Virus record (IMG/VR): IMGVR_UViG_3300026478_000873
Length of the DNA: 20,000 nucleotides
Source: an uncultured virus (IMG/VR IMGVR_UViG_3300026478_000873)
Taxonomy: Duplodnaviria; Heunggongvirae; Uroviricota; Caudoviricetes
Reading direction: 5' to 3' (one strand)
The position numbers and the translations under genes were made by a program. The notes below the pieces were generated by a model. It made no database searches. It was not told the origin of the DNA and worked only from the letters and a program-made list of their open reading frames with translations. Shown in pieces: positions 7,701-15,940 of this stretch. How positions within the stretch are numbered: the first letter of the stretch is position 1; each line of letters opens with the position of its first letter.

Positions 7701-9376
7701 GCGCCATTCGCTCGCAACAGACCCCAGGTGGCCCGATCTACGTGAAGAGAAGCGAGGTAATGGCTTTGGCTCCTCAAGCGCAGCGACTTCAAGCAGAGGC
7801 GGCCTTTAGGCAGCGGCAAATTAAAGCAGAAGAACAGTTGGCGCAAACCCCTGCTGTACTTGGTGCAATTCCACCTAGCGAAGGAGAAGGAAAGAAAAAG
7901 AAAGGGAAAGAACTTGATGAATATAATAGAAGTCAGCTCGATTTTATTAAGCAGCGTTTTGATAAAGAAAAACAAGTATTAGATCAGCAATTGCAAGCCA
8001 ATTTGGTTTCAAAAACTTCTTACGATATTAAACTTGCTGAATTGACACTTGAAACTGAAAGAGCTGAGTTACAGGAAAGATTCCGATTGGAATCAGAGAA
8101 AATCCAAAAGGATAATTTAAGTGCCGCCGATAAAGCTTTAGCGATTAAAGATCAAGAAGTGAAACTCGCCAATGGCTTGGCTATTGCCGAAAAACAGCGT
8201 GATATTGCGGTAAAGGGCGCCAAATTAGAACTGCGCCAGCCCTTCATCGAATCGCTGCGCAGCGAAAATATGGAAATTGACAAGCAAAATGCATTGATTG
8301 AAAGATTGAAAAAGGGATATAGCGATTTAACACCTGAACAAGAAGCATCATTTATCATTGAAGAAAAAGTTGCAAGATTAAAGGCAGATGAACAAAAACT
8401 GATTCAAACAGATATCGATAATTTAAAACAGCAAATCCAATTACGCATTGAAAACGCAAAGCTTTTAGAAAAAGAGCAAGGTTTGCAGTCGGCGCGACAA
8501 GGCTTAAACCTGATAGGAGCTGGTATGCAAGCGGGCTTCGCAGGAAGCGCGGCTAATGTTTTTGAAAGGACAATGGAACAATATGGAGATAGAAATTATG
8601 CCGCCCAATTGGCTGAAATTGAGACGGCAGCGATGAAACTTCGTAGTGTATTTGAGGGATTGCAGGGCGCCATTCAAAGCATTAGCGGAGCTTTTGCCAA
8701 TGTTTTGACAGAGGGTGTGGCGGGAATGATTGCAGGCACTGCCACTGCAAAAGAAGTATTTGCCAACTTCTTGCAAAGCGTTGCGCAAGCACTGTCTCAA
8801 GCAGCAGCGCAAATGATTGCCACTTACATTGCTATTGGTGTTGCAAAAATGTTTGCAGGAATGGGAGGAGGCTCAAACGCTGACATGTCAAAAACGGGCA
8901 TCAGCGAAGGAACTCTTGCTCCCATGCGTCAGTATTCAATGGAGGGTCCCTTGACTGGCATGACTGGCATTGCGAATGGCGGATTCCTCTCTGGCGGTTT
9001 CCAAGCATTCGCCAACGGCGGCATGGTTGCTGGTCCCACTCTTGGACTCGTTGGCGAAGGCGGCGAAAGCGAATTTGTCATCCCATCTTCCAAGATGGAA
9101 GGTGCAATGAAGCGTTACAATGCAGGCGCACGAGGGGCTGGTGTGATTCCCGCTGGAAGGGATGTATCCTCCATGGAAACTGGTGGAATAATGGTTACAA
9201 GCCCAATCGACGTGAGATACACTGTAGAGCGTATCAATAGCATTGATTACGTCACTGCCGATCAATTCCAGCAAGGCATGTCTCGCGCAGTGCAGCAAGG
9301 CGCTTTACAGGGTGAACAGCGCACACTCCGCAAGCTTCGTAATTCACAAACCACTCGTTCTCGTGTTGGGATTTAA
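4760..9376 (+). CDS. Tail tape measure protein
   Basis: 1538 aa, Ala/Gly-rich helical; LGIASPSREF motif; tape-measure domain (FAQMASKGQVMSEELKGQLGDVLPGA); hydrophobic segments; coiled coil; C-terminal FANGGMV..PTLGLVGEGGESEFVIP. Confidence 0.95.
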   Translation: MAAQDAELKLKVSLDLAFFRQQLAGLGQAAAGTPLPVQIRFDRRSVQNELNALGANIRRRNYTLNVNTNLKAEIENASKLAKALNELGRSRGTAQQGINQQLGLGQLLKGPQSGGIGSKDVERLYRAAARAGILEYSKEVARTKASAVAALEEVGSDSVKGLLNGLKSEDEKLRAAAEYLGESLIKTVKNVLGIASPSREFKKIGQNVGEGFQQGMMSSMDKAFDAVEGLMRARMKVLDTIARGMFRMAGIDPAAIRAEAAQRRALPGVNFPATVPPRNVSIGPSGTGRALPPGAIPSALPGTAFGAQRYLPTALSDELKTILRGAAFAFVDSLKQQVRSTRIGLGATQQPLLGASRIAGLLPAGVGRAPSVYSTGAVGGETRAEMMARREREARMRSDLRGMDVIGGGAGRTPSPYSYAYRGARPTSAIVPYATGGAIVPQPSMAGGGAQPPAGGGGGRFGGFGGMIPGAGDFGRAIGGVNLPGTGTIRELGQEFGFAAKQVVLFGQAYKLLAFIQNLPAQVGAAVGQLQSFRNTLNAVTPSTEEARASNELLLGLMEKYNVPLQSARDGFTKLYASMAPAGFSGNEIRDLFTGITKAAATFGMSADKVDRVNYAFAQMASKGQVMSEELKGQLGDVLPGAMALFAEAAGFKGPKAIQDFSAALEDGAYKGEAMVALLKNVTVVMNKEFGPGAEGAARTFQGVMNRMQNSMALFYESFEPVAVGFLNSVVAPMTDGIKQLTDGLNAFFTGTAAKTAGGFAIAQELERLRPAFDGIGQNVSTFVVQLGELARVALDVGKVFLQIAGNPIVGYLAKLYAIALPINIALGVMRGLWAANALQLLIFNARVASGTSTLSAFRGMMAATGATAQTTAASIRTAGITLRTFFATTGVGLVVVGISMLIEKFLTMNQALADTKAKAMGAVQAIRSMSQTEARAAEQQAQSAYQTIGAIAGRGGTQQPGGDRLVPVSERELKQLQGLGAIRSQQTPGGPIYVKRSEVMALAPQAQRLQAEAAFRQRQIKAEEQLAQTPAVLGAIPPSEGEGKKKKGKELDEYNRSQLDFIKQRFDKEKQVLDQQLQANLVSKTSYDIKLAELTLETERAELQERFRLESEKIQKDNLSAADKALAIKDQEVKLANGLAIAEKQRDIAVKGAKLELRQPFIESLRSENMEIDKQNALIERLKKGYSDLTPEQEASFIIEEKVARLKADEQKLIQTDIDNLKQQIQLRIENAKLLEKEQGLQSARQGLNLIGAGMQAGFAGSAANVFERTMEQYGDRNYAAQLAEIETAAMKLRSVFEGLQGAIQSISGAFANVLTEGVAGMIAGTATAKEVFANFLQSVAQALSQAAAQMIATYIAIGVAKMFAGMGGGSNADMSKTGISEGTLAPMRQYSMEGPLTGMTGIANGGFLSGGFQAFANGGMVAGPTLGLVGEGGESEFVIPSSKMEGAMKRYNAGARGAGVIPAGRDVSSMETGGIMVTSPIDVRYTVERINSIDYVTADQFQQGMSRAVQQGALQGEQRTLRKLRNSQTTRSRVGI

Positions 9377-9379
9377 CAA

Positions 9380-9910
9380 ATGACTGCTCGCGACTACCCA
9401 TTCTTCAGTGATCGTTTAGCTCTCGCTCAATATGTCACTTTTTACGAAGTGGCCAAAAATGGCTCTTTAAATGGAGTTTATAGAGGGCAAAATTTCTTTA
9501 TTAACGAGCAAGTAGATTACGATAATGGCAATGGAGGGCAAGCTAAATACAACTTTGTACCTTTTGCTTTTACTGGCGTTACTGTTTCTAGGAACGGTGA
9601 TAACGAAAGCACATCCTTAATTTTTCCTAACAATGCAGTGGTCCGAGTCTGGACAACTGCTTTACTAGGAGCAGGAAGAAGATGGGTGGCACAAGTGGAC
9701 ACGTTAATTGTTGACCCTGATAATAGTGCAAAAAACAATCGCCTTTCTTCATACACAGGACAAGTAATTAGCGCGGGATGGGCTGGGCCACGATTGGAGA
9801 TTCAACTCGGTTCAGTATTGGATGCTGTTGGAGCTGATGTGCCTCGCAGAAGAATTACAGAAGGAGCTTTTGGACCATTGCCAACCACTGCTTCCATCCG
9901 TATGGCATGA
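9380..9910 (+). CDS. Minor tail/tail-tip protein (lambda gpL N-terminal-like)
   Basis: Immediately after the tape measure gene; YNFVPFAFTG and 'LEIQLGSVLDAVGADVPRR' resemble gpL/DUF1833-type tip proteins. Confidence 0.55.
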   Translation: MTARDYPFFSDRLALAQYVTFYEVAKNGSLNGVYRGQNFFINEQVDYDNGNGGQAKYNFVPFAFTGVTVSRNGDNESTSLIFPNNAVVRVWTTALLGAGRRWVAQVDTLIVDPDNSAKNNRLSSYTGQVISAGWAGPRLEIQLGSVLDAVGADVPRRRITEGAFGPLPTTASIRMA

Positions 9911-10296
9911 CAATCTCGCCTTCATCCCTAATTGGGCGCCCATATAAGCTCGGTGCAGATGGAAGCGGAACTGAAATTGATTGCATTCATTTGGTATATG
10001 CCACTTGGCGTTATCTTGGTATTCCTTCGCCAGCGTTTGAAAATCAATGGTATGTGGCATCAAATAGGTATATAGCGAAAGCAATTTTGCGATGGGGCGC
10101 TAGGATACAAGCACCCTACCAGGACGGGGATTTATTGCTGCTACCAGACAAAACACACGTTTTTGCCGTGGTGTGGCAATCAGGCATCCTTTACATTAAT
10201 AGAGACTTAGGAGCTGTTTCTTGGTGTCCATTGAGCGCAATTCCTCCATGTCACGTTTTTCGATGCCGATCCTGCCTTACGAAAGGCAGCTCATAG
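9907..10296 (+). CDS. NlpC/P60-family tail assembly protein (gpK C-terminal-like)
   Basis: LIGRPYKLGADG...IDCIHLV (catalytic Cys), GDLLL and a downstream His (THVFAVV). Confidence 0.75.
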   Translation: MTISPSSLIGRPYKLGADGSGTEIDCIHLVYATWRYLGIPSPAFENQWYVASNRYIAKAILRWGARIQAPYQDGDLLLLPDKTHVFAVVWQSGILYINRDLGAVSWCPLSAIPPCHVFRCRSCLTKGSS

Positions 10297-13200
10297 AATT
10301 ACTTGGCTGTAGCCCTGAGGAATATTGCGCTTTTAAAGAAGAAGTGATGCTGCGCTCCAAAGAGCGTCCAGCAGCGTACGAAGGCATCCCTGATATTGTC
10401 AATGGTGAAACGGCGTGGATTATTGCATCAATTATTATTTCCATTGGCAGCACTGCAGCGAGTTATTTTCTTGCTCCAAAACCTCCCGAAGCCGGTGGAA
10501 CAAAACAACGAAATAGACAGCTAGATAGCATTGTCGGGCGTGATAGATTTGCTCCCACTTTTGGTTTTCAAGCGGGACAAGATATTTCTCGCTACGGCGA
10601 ATCCATCCCCATTGTTTTTACAAAGCATTTTTATCAAGGATTCCTGCGTCAATACATTGGCGGGGTAATGATTAGCCCCAAGCTTGTATGGTCTCGTTCT
10701 TATAGCTGGGGACGTTTTCAAAGCATCGATATGATGTTCTTAGCAGGGCAAGGCCAAATGGGGCGTGGCCCTTATTCCACTGCAGCAGAAATTGCAGAAG
10801 ATCGAGCTGGTGTTTATATTGGGCAGTCTCCCATTGATTCCCTTCTTCCTTCTGATTATCGATGGTTTTATTATCAGGGAGCTGCTGCAAATAGTAATGG
10901 CATTGGCTATGCAAATGATAGTAGGCTTGTTGCGACGCACCATCGCCATGGAGATTGGGGGGATGATGGTCCTCCTAATTCTGCGTTCTATGCCCCGTCT
11001 TTTGCTGGTGGTGACGCAGCCGGCTTTAGTCACTGTTTTTCTCCTTCTACGCAGCTTCAATTTGGCGTATATGGAGCTATTCCTAATGGCACACCTTTAC
11101 GCTTAAATTGGCAAATTATAAGCAACATTGATGACTACACAGACGAAACAAGAGATAGCAATAGGGCTAAGCGTGTGATGATTTGTGGCAATACCAGCAT
11201 GAATGGCATTGGCAGGAATTATCCGAGGCAAATTGGAATTGTATTGCATAATAATTACGCCACTTCATTCACTGGAGACAACGGGGAATATAGAACTATT
11301 CAAAAAGGAGATACTATTACTCTTATATATAATGCGCAGCGGCTTCAAAGACAGTTTTACGCAGAAAGTTATATCGATGAAGACAACATAGATACGCGGG
11401 GCCTTGATAACACTGAAATAATCACAACATCGCAGTCTGAGCTTGAAAAATACGACGAGGTGTTGCAGCGTGGCACTTATTTCTTCGTGGGCAATTGTAA
11501 ATTTATTGTCGACTCAAGAACACCAGCAGATGAAATTTATAATAAGCGCACCAGGAAGGCATTTTCTATCAAATTAAAATGTGTTGAAGTTTATCCAGAT
11601 AAACTTGGCTTTGGCCGCATTGGCATTTGCAATCCATCATATGTCAATAGCACCACTCCACTTCCGCGCAGCAGGGCTGCAGTCGGTACAGATATTGGGG
11701 CTCCATGGTTTCCCTTGTGTCAGGCAGAGGTGGCTTCGTTCCAGAACACTCGCAAGTGTCAATACACGGAAATAGGGATTAAGTCTAATGTTTGGTTGCG
11801 TTTCAATAATTTATGTAACTTTACAAACCTTCCAGAACCGGAGGCTCTTGATAACTTTGATAGCAAAAATATTATACTGTCTGCTGGTACATTACAAACA
11901 TATACCACAAGGGCTTCGTTTTTCTTTATTTACGTAAAGCCCGCCAATGCTTCTTCTTCTCAAGACTGGCATTTGATTACTGACATCCCATTTTGCGTCA
12001 CAGGTTCATCTCCTCAGGATAAATTTAACTTTATTCGCATTGCCCATAATTTTGATCAGTTTGAGTATCAATTGCGCCCAGTATCATCTTCTGAAATTGT
12101 TCATATTATTGGGCGAGATCAATATTGTTTCAGGCTTAACGCCGAGGCGTCATTCTTGCCTCAAGAAACAAAGCAGACGCCTTATGGTCCCTTCACTGTT
12201 TATACCAAGGGAACAAAGGATCAAATAAGCAGCTTTGCTACTAATGATGAATTGATTAATACAAATATTGATAAGGATGCTCAGTATTATACGGATACCG
12301 AAATTGGCGTAAAATTTGTTCGCGCAACATTGCTTAGCAACGGAAGTACGGCATCTCCAAACCAATTAAGCAACGCAATTAGCAAGGCTATTAATAAGGA
12401 CGCCGATCCAAATGCTTCTGAACAGGGATTTCCCGATATCCCATGGGGAGGCATTGGCGAGGGCAGTATTTACACTTTCACAAATCCAGAAGCAAACTTG
12501 TTTAGTGTTGCCCTTTCTAAGAGTGGCCTCTCCAAGGAAATGTCATTAAAAATGGACATTCAAGTGTATAAAGGAACTGCGTCAGGTGACAGAGATTTGT
12601 TTTGGCGCATTGTTGATATTCGGCCAATTAATGTCACATCTGATAATAATTTTAAGTGGAGCAAGGGAGACGTATTTACGATTACAAAATCACTAATCAA
12701 TCCTATTGATTCTGTTGTTTTTCATTTTGAAGTTACTCGTGGCATCTCTGGAAAGCTGCCTAATGCAACCGTGGCACCTGGGCAGTACGAACGTATTTTT
12801 GAAGGTAATTCTGCCATCGCTGAAGTTTCGCACTATGGAGATTTAATTAGCAGGAGTTGCGACAATGGCCCGGAGCATGAAGTGGTATATGTAAATGAAA
12901 GCCTTACGCCAACAAATATTCCCACTTATGAAGGATGCGCAATGGCCGGTCTTCGCATTCGCAGCGGACGCAACATGAGCCAGTTGGAGCAGCTTCATTT
13001 ATATCAAAAGAATGGCATTCAAGTGGAGCTTGTAAGGAGCACTGGAAAGCCTTACGCGGTTGGTCCGTCGAATATATTTACGGATCTTGTGTATTATTTG
13101 CTGACCAACAAGCAAGCTGGCATGGGAGGATTAGTTGGTGATTCAGTGGTTGATGTAGAGAGTTTTCAAGAAACCGCAAAATTTCTTGAAAGTAATTATT

Positions 13201-14123
13201 TGTATTACGACGATGTAATTACGGAGCCTAAAAATCTTAGGGATTTTATTGCTTCCATCGTCCCATCATTACTATGCACATTGTCCACTCGCAATGGGAA
13301 GATTGCTATTACTCCGGCATTACCCGCTCAGCGCACTGGATCTATTGAACCATTGGTAAGCGTGCCAATTCGTGCAATGTTTACTGATGGCAATATTATT
13401 GAAGACTCCTTTGAGCTGCAGCACATTTCTGCTGACGACAGAAAACCATTCAAGGCGTCCATTCGTTATAGGCAAGAAAAGACGAATCAATTCCCGGAAG
13501 AAAAAAATATTGTCGTCTACTACAACGACCAAGCTGATGCTCCTATTGAGCAATTTGATTTCACTCACATTACTTCACGCATCCATGCAGAGCAGGCAGC
13601 CAAGTATTTGTTGAGTTCACGCAGAAATATTACGCATACTATTAGCTTCAAGGCTGTGCCATATGGCATTGCATTGGCTCCAGGCGATTACATTCGCGTT
13701 GTAACGCAAAGTAATATTTTTGATCCCGATGCAAATAATGGCGTCATCTTAGACGATCAAGATGACAATGCAAATGATCCGCGCAAAGGTAACTTTGCTG
13801 GTGGCACCATTGTTTCTTTTGAGCCAATTCCAGATGGAAACCACCCGGTGTTTTTATGGGACAGGACAAATCAAGATGTGCAGGATACAACTATTTTGGT
13901 AAAGGATGGAATGGCTTTTAATCAGCGCAATGCCATGTTCTGTCTTCGCAAAGACATTAATAGGGAAGAAGTGTACACGGTTGAATCTCTTCAGTTAGAT
14001 GAAGATGGAATGGTAATGATTACTGCCAGTTATTTTCCTCTTTATGGCGGCACAGATTACAGTAAAATTGCATATGAGGTGGTACGCGGTGGACAAATTG
14101 GTTTCACCGTCGAAGCAAACTAA
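10248..14123 (+). CDS. Tail tip hub / host-specificity protein (gpJ-like)
   Basis: About 1290 aa; N-terminal hydrophobic helix ending FLAPKP, YGESIPIVF, AMFTDGNIIEDSF, ALAPGDYIRV and YTVESL...MITASYFP motifs typical of gpJ-like proteins. ATG 10248 (or 10263) more likely than TTG 10221. Confidence 0.85.
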   Translation: MSRFSMPILPYERQLIELLGCSPEEYCAFKEEVMLRSKERPAAYEGIPDIVNGETAWIIASIIISIGSTAASYFLAPKPPEAGGTKQRNRQLDSIVGRDRFAPTFGFQAGQDISRYGESIPIVFTKHFYQGFLRQYIGGVMISPKLVWSRSYSWGRFQSIDMMFLAGQGQMGRGPYSTAAEIAEDRAGVYIGQSPIDSLLPSDYRWFYYQGAAANSNGIGYANDSRLVATHHRHGDWGDDGPPNSAFYAPSFAGGDAAGFSHCFSPSTQLQFGVYGAIPNGTPLRLNWQIISNIDDYTDETRDSNRAKRVMICGNTSMNGIGRNYPRQIGIVLHNNYATSFTGDNGEYRTIQKGDTITLIYNAQRLQRQFYAESYIDEDNIDTRGLDNTEIITTSQSELEKYDEVLQRGTYFFVGNCKFIVDSRTPADEIYNKRTRKAFSIKLKCVEVYPDKLGFGRIGICNPSYVNSTTPLPRSRAAVGTDIGAPWFPLCQAEVASFQNTRKCQYTEIGIKSNVWLRFNNLCNFTNLPEPEALDNFDSKNIILSAGTLQTYTTRASFFFIYVKPANASSSQDWHLITDIPFCVTGSSPQDKFNFIRIAHNFDQFEYQLRPVSSSEIVHIIGRDQYCFRLNAEASFLPQETKQTPYGPFTVYTKGTKDQISSFATNDELINTNIDKDAQYYTDTEIGVKFVRATLLSNGSTASPNQLSNAISKAINKDADPNASEQGFPDIPWGGIGEGSIYTFTNPEANLFSVALSKSGLSKEMSLKMDIQVYKGTASGDRDLFWRIVDIRPINVTSDNNFKWSKGDVFTITKSLINPIDSVVFHFEVTRGISGKLPNATVAPGQYERIFEGNSAIAEVSHYGDLISRSCDNGPEHEVVYVNESLTPTNIPTYEGCAMAGLRIRSGRNMSQLEQLHLYQKNGIQVELVRSTGKPYAVGPSNIFTDLVYYLLTNKQAGMGGLVGDSVVDVESFQETAKFLESNYLYYDDVITEPKNLRDFIASIVPSLLCTLSTRNGKIAITPALPAQRTGSIEPLVSVPIRAMFTDGNIIEDSFELQHISADDRKPFKASIRYRQEKTNQFPEEKNIVVYYNDQADAPIEQFDFTHITSRIHAEQAAKYLLSSRRNITHTISFKAVPYGIALAPGDYIRVVTQSNIFDPDANNGVILDDQDDNANDPRKGNFAGGTIVSFEPIPDGNHPVFLWDRTNQDVQDTTILVKDGMAFNQRNAMFCLRKDINREEVYTVESLQLDEDGMVMITASYFPLYGGTDYSKIAYEVVRGGQIGFTVEAN

Positions 14124-14125
14124 TC

Positions 14126-14506
14126 ATGAGTCTTCCAGACATCACGCCCACTTCTCGATCACTAAATCTTGGTCCATGGCCGCTTAAAACTTTCCGTCTC
14201 AATAATGGAGCTGAAATTCGGCGTCTTTATGGCAATAGGCGAAATAATTTAGAGCTTGAACTTACCTACGAAAACTTACCAGACAGCGTGGCAAATCAAT
14301 TTAGAGAGAAATATGATGATACAAAGGGAGGGTTTGATACATTTCGACTTCCAGGCAATACATTTGCTGGGTGGACAAGTGACTCTGGCACCTATATTGG
14401 ACCCACTGCCAACGTTTGGAGATATAAAGAGCCTCCCACTATTACCAATGTAAAAAGAGGTGTTAGCACTGTGCAGGTGGTCTTAATTAGCGTGTTTGTT
14501 CAATAA
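14126..14506 (+). CDS. Distal-tail-like minor tail protein (gpM/Dit-like)
   Basis: 126 aa; 'NGAEIRRLYG..LELTYENL..F..YD..KGGFDTF..WRY..PP' resembles the gpM/DUF2460 pattern. Confidence 0.6.
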   Translation: MSLPDITPTSRSLNLGPWPLKTFRLNNGAEIRRLYGNRRNNLELELTYENLPDSVANQFREKYDDTKGGFDTFRLPGNTFAGWTSDSGTYIGPTANVWRYKEPPTITNVKRGVSTVQVVLISVFVQ

Positions 14507-14521
14507 GACACGTTGGAACAA

Positions 14522-14532
14522 TTAGACTAATT
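14522..14532 (+). promoter_or_regulatory. Putative late promoter -10 element (TTAGACTAATT)
   Basis: Intergenic, 16 nt before ATG 14549; identical to 1964-1974. Confidence 0.5.
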
Positions 14533-14548
14533 AGTAGGTGACTGTGCT

Positions 14549-14989
14549 ATGACTTATTTCACTGGACGAAATGGGAAAATGGTGGTCGGTGGTTCTACCA
14601 TCGCCAAGGTTACATCATGGTCCATGAACGCAGACTTGGACCTTTTGGAAACCACTGCATTAAATGATGCCAATAAAAGTTTTGTAGCCAATCTTCCTAC
14701 TTATACTGGTAGTGCCACAATTTTATATTACAAAGATGCTGCTGGCGCCTTTGAAACTGATGGCATTTTTGGCAGATTATTAAGGCGAAACGCATCACTA
14801 GCAACTGCTACTTTGCGGCTACAAATAGCGGACGGTAACACTGTGCGAGAAGTAGTTTTAGAAGCATTTATTACATCATTAGCCATTGGAAGTTCTGTGG
14901 GAGAAATCGTATCAGCAGATATTAATTTCCAGGCAACGGGAGACCTTGCCGATCCTACGGCTCAAGCACCTGCTGGTGTTGCATTGTAA
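14549..14989 (+). CDS. Tail-tube-fold minor tail protein
   Basis: GRNGKM..IAKVTSWSM..DLLETTAL..YTGSATILY..FITSLAIGSSVGEIVSADINFQATG is a tube-protein pattern. Confidence 0.7.
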   Translation: MTYFTGRNGKMVVGGSTIAKVTSWSMNADLDLLETTALNDANKSFVANLPTYTGSATILYYKDAAGAFETDGIFGRLLRRNASLATATLRLQIADGNTVREVVLEAFITSLAIGSSVGEIVSADINFQATGDLADPTAQAPAGVAL

Positions 14990-14991
14990 TC

Positions 14992-15912
14992 ATGAGTGTT
15001 TATCTTGGACATCGAGGGCGAATTGAACTGCAGCGCACTGGGCAGTCAAAGATTGTCACCAATGTATTGGCTAATCATGTCAATGCCGATTTAGATCGGC
15101 TTCAATTGGATTTTGGTCAAGAGAACGGAGTGGATTTATTATGCCCTTTTAATAATGGCGATGAGATAGAATTTCGCGGGCCAATAAACGCCGCAGGAAA
15201 TCGCACATTATTATCTTTTGTATCGGCTAGTGGCTGGTCAGATGGCAATCAGCATGGCTCTGGAAAATGGTTTGTTAATGTTGATGACCTAGGTGGAATA
15301 CGCCTTTATTCAAGTTTTGAGGCAAGTCTGGCTGGAGATACTGGTACGTCTATTCCATTGGAAACACTTGCTAATGATATTGACAATGTAGAACTAGAGC
15401 TTGCAAATAATATCCCGCGCATACTAGGCAGGGCTATTTCTTGGGAATTAAATACAACCAGGGAGAATGTTGATACGACTGTATTAATGGATCAATTCAG
15501 GAGTCAATGGTCGAGTTTGATGTCTGGAAGTGGGCGAATTAATGCTCAATGGAATTACAGAGAAGAAGTTGGAGAAACCGGAATTGATATTTCCAATTAT
15601 TTTCTACAGCTAGCTTTGCGTACTGAAATTGGGGCTCAGTTTAAGGCTCAATTGTTCCTTAAAACTCCTGGAGCTGGAGGCTTAAATCCAGACGGCACTG
15701 ACGACGCGCTTTGGTATGACATTTCTGGAGTGGTTACGCAAGCGGGGGTGCAAGTGTCGCCAGATGCATTGATAGAAGTTGGAATAGATTTTATTACAAC
15801 GGGACCAATTAAATTACTTGCTCGTACTATTCCATTGGATGTTATCTTGCAGGAAAATGGAGATGATCTTTTGTTAGATGGTTTAGTTGCTGGCCGCCTC
15901 TTGCTAGAGTGA
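14992..15912 (+). CDS. Tube-fold protein with inserted domain (putative fibre-attachment collar)
   Basis: First ~15 aa and the second half (LGRAISWELNTTRENVDTT..SGSGRI..VVTQAGVQV..IEVGIDFITTG) align by eye with the preceding ORF; ~125-aa insertion in between; C-terminal ILQENGDDLLLD peptide. Confidence 0.6.
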   Translation: MSVYLGHRGRIELQRTGQSKIVTNVLANHVNADLDRLQLDFGQENGVDLLCPFNNGDEIEFRGPINAAGNRTLLSFVSASGWSDGNQHGSGKWFVNVDDLGGIRLYSSFEASLAGDTGTSIPLETLANDIDNVELELANNIPRILGRAISWELNTTRENVDTTVLMDQFRSQWSSLMSGSGRINAQWNYREEVGETGIDISNYFLQLALRTEIGAQFKAQLFLKTPGAGGLNPDGTDDALWYDISGVVTQAGVQVSPDALIEVGIDFITTGPIKLLARTIPLDVILQENGDDLLLDGLVAGRLLLE

Positions 15913-15940
15913 GGCATAGCGTAAAAAGCAGCGCTGAATT

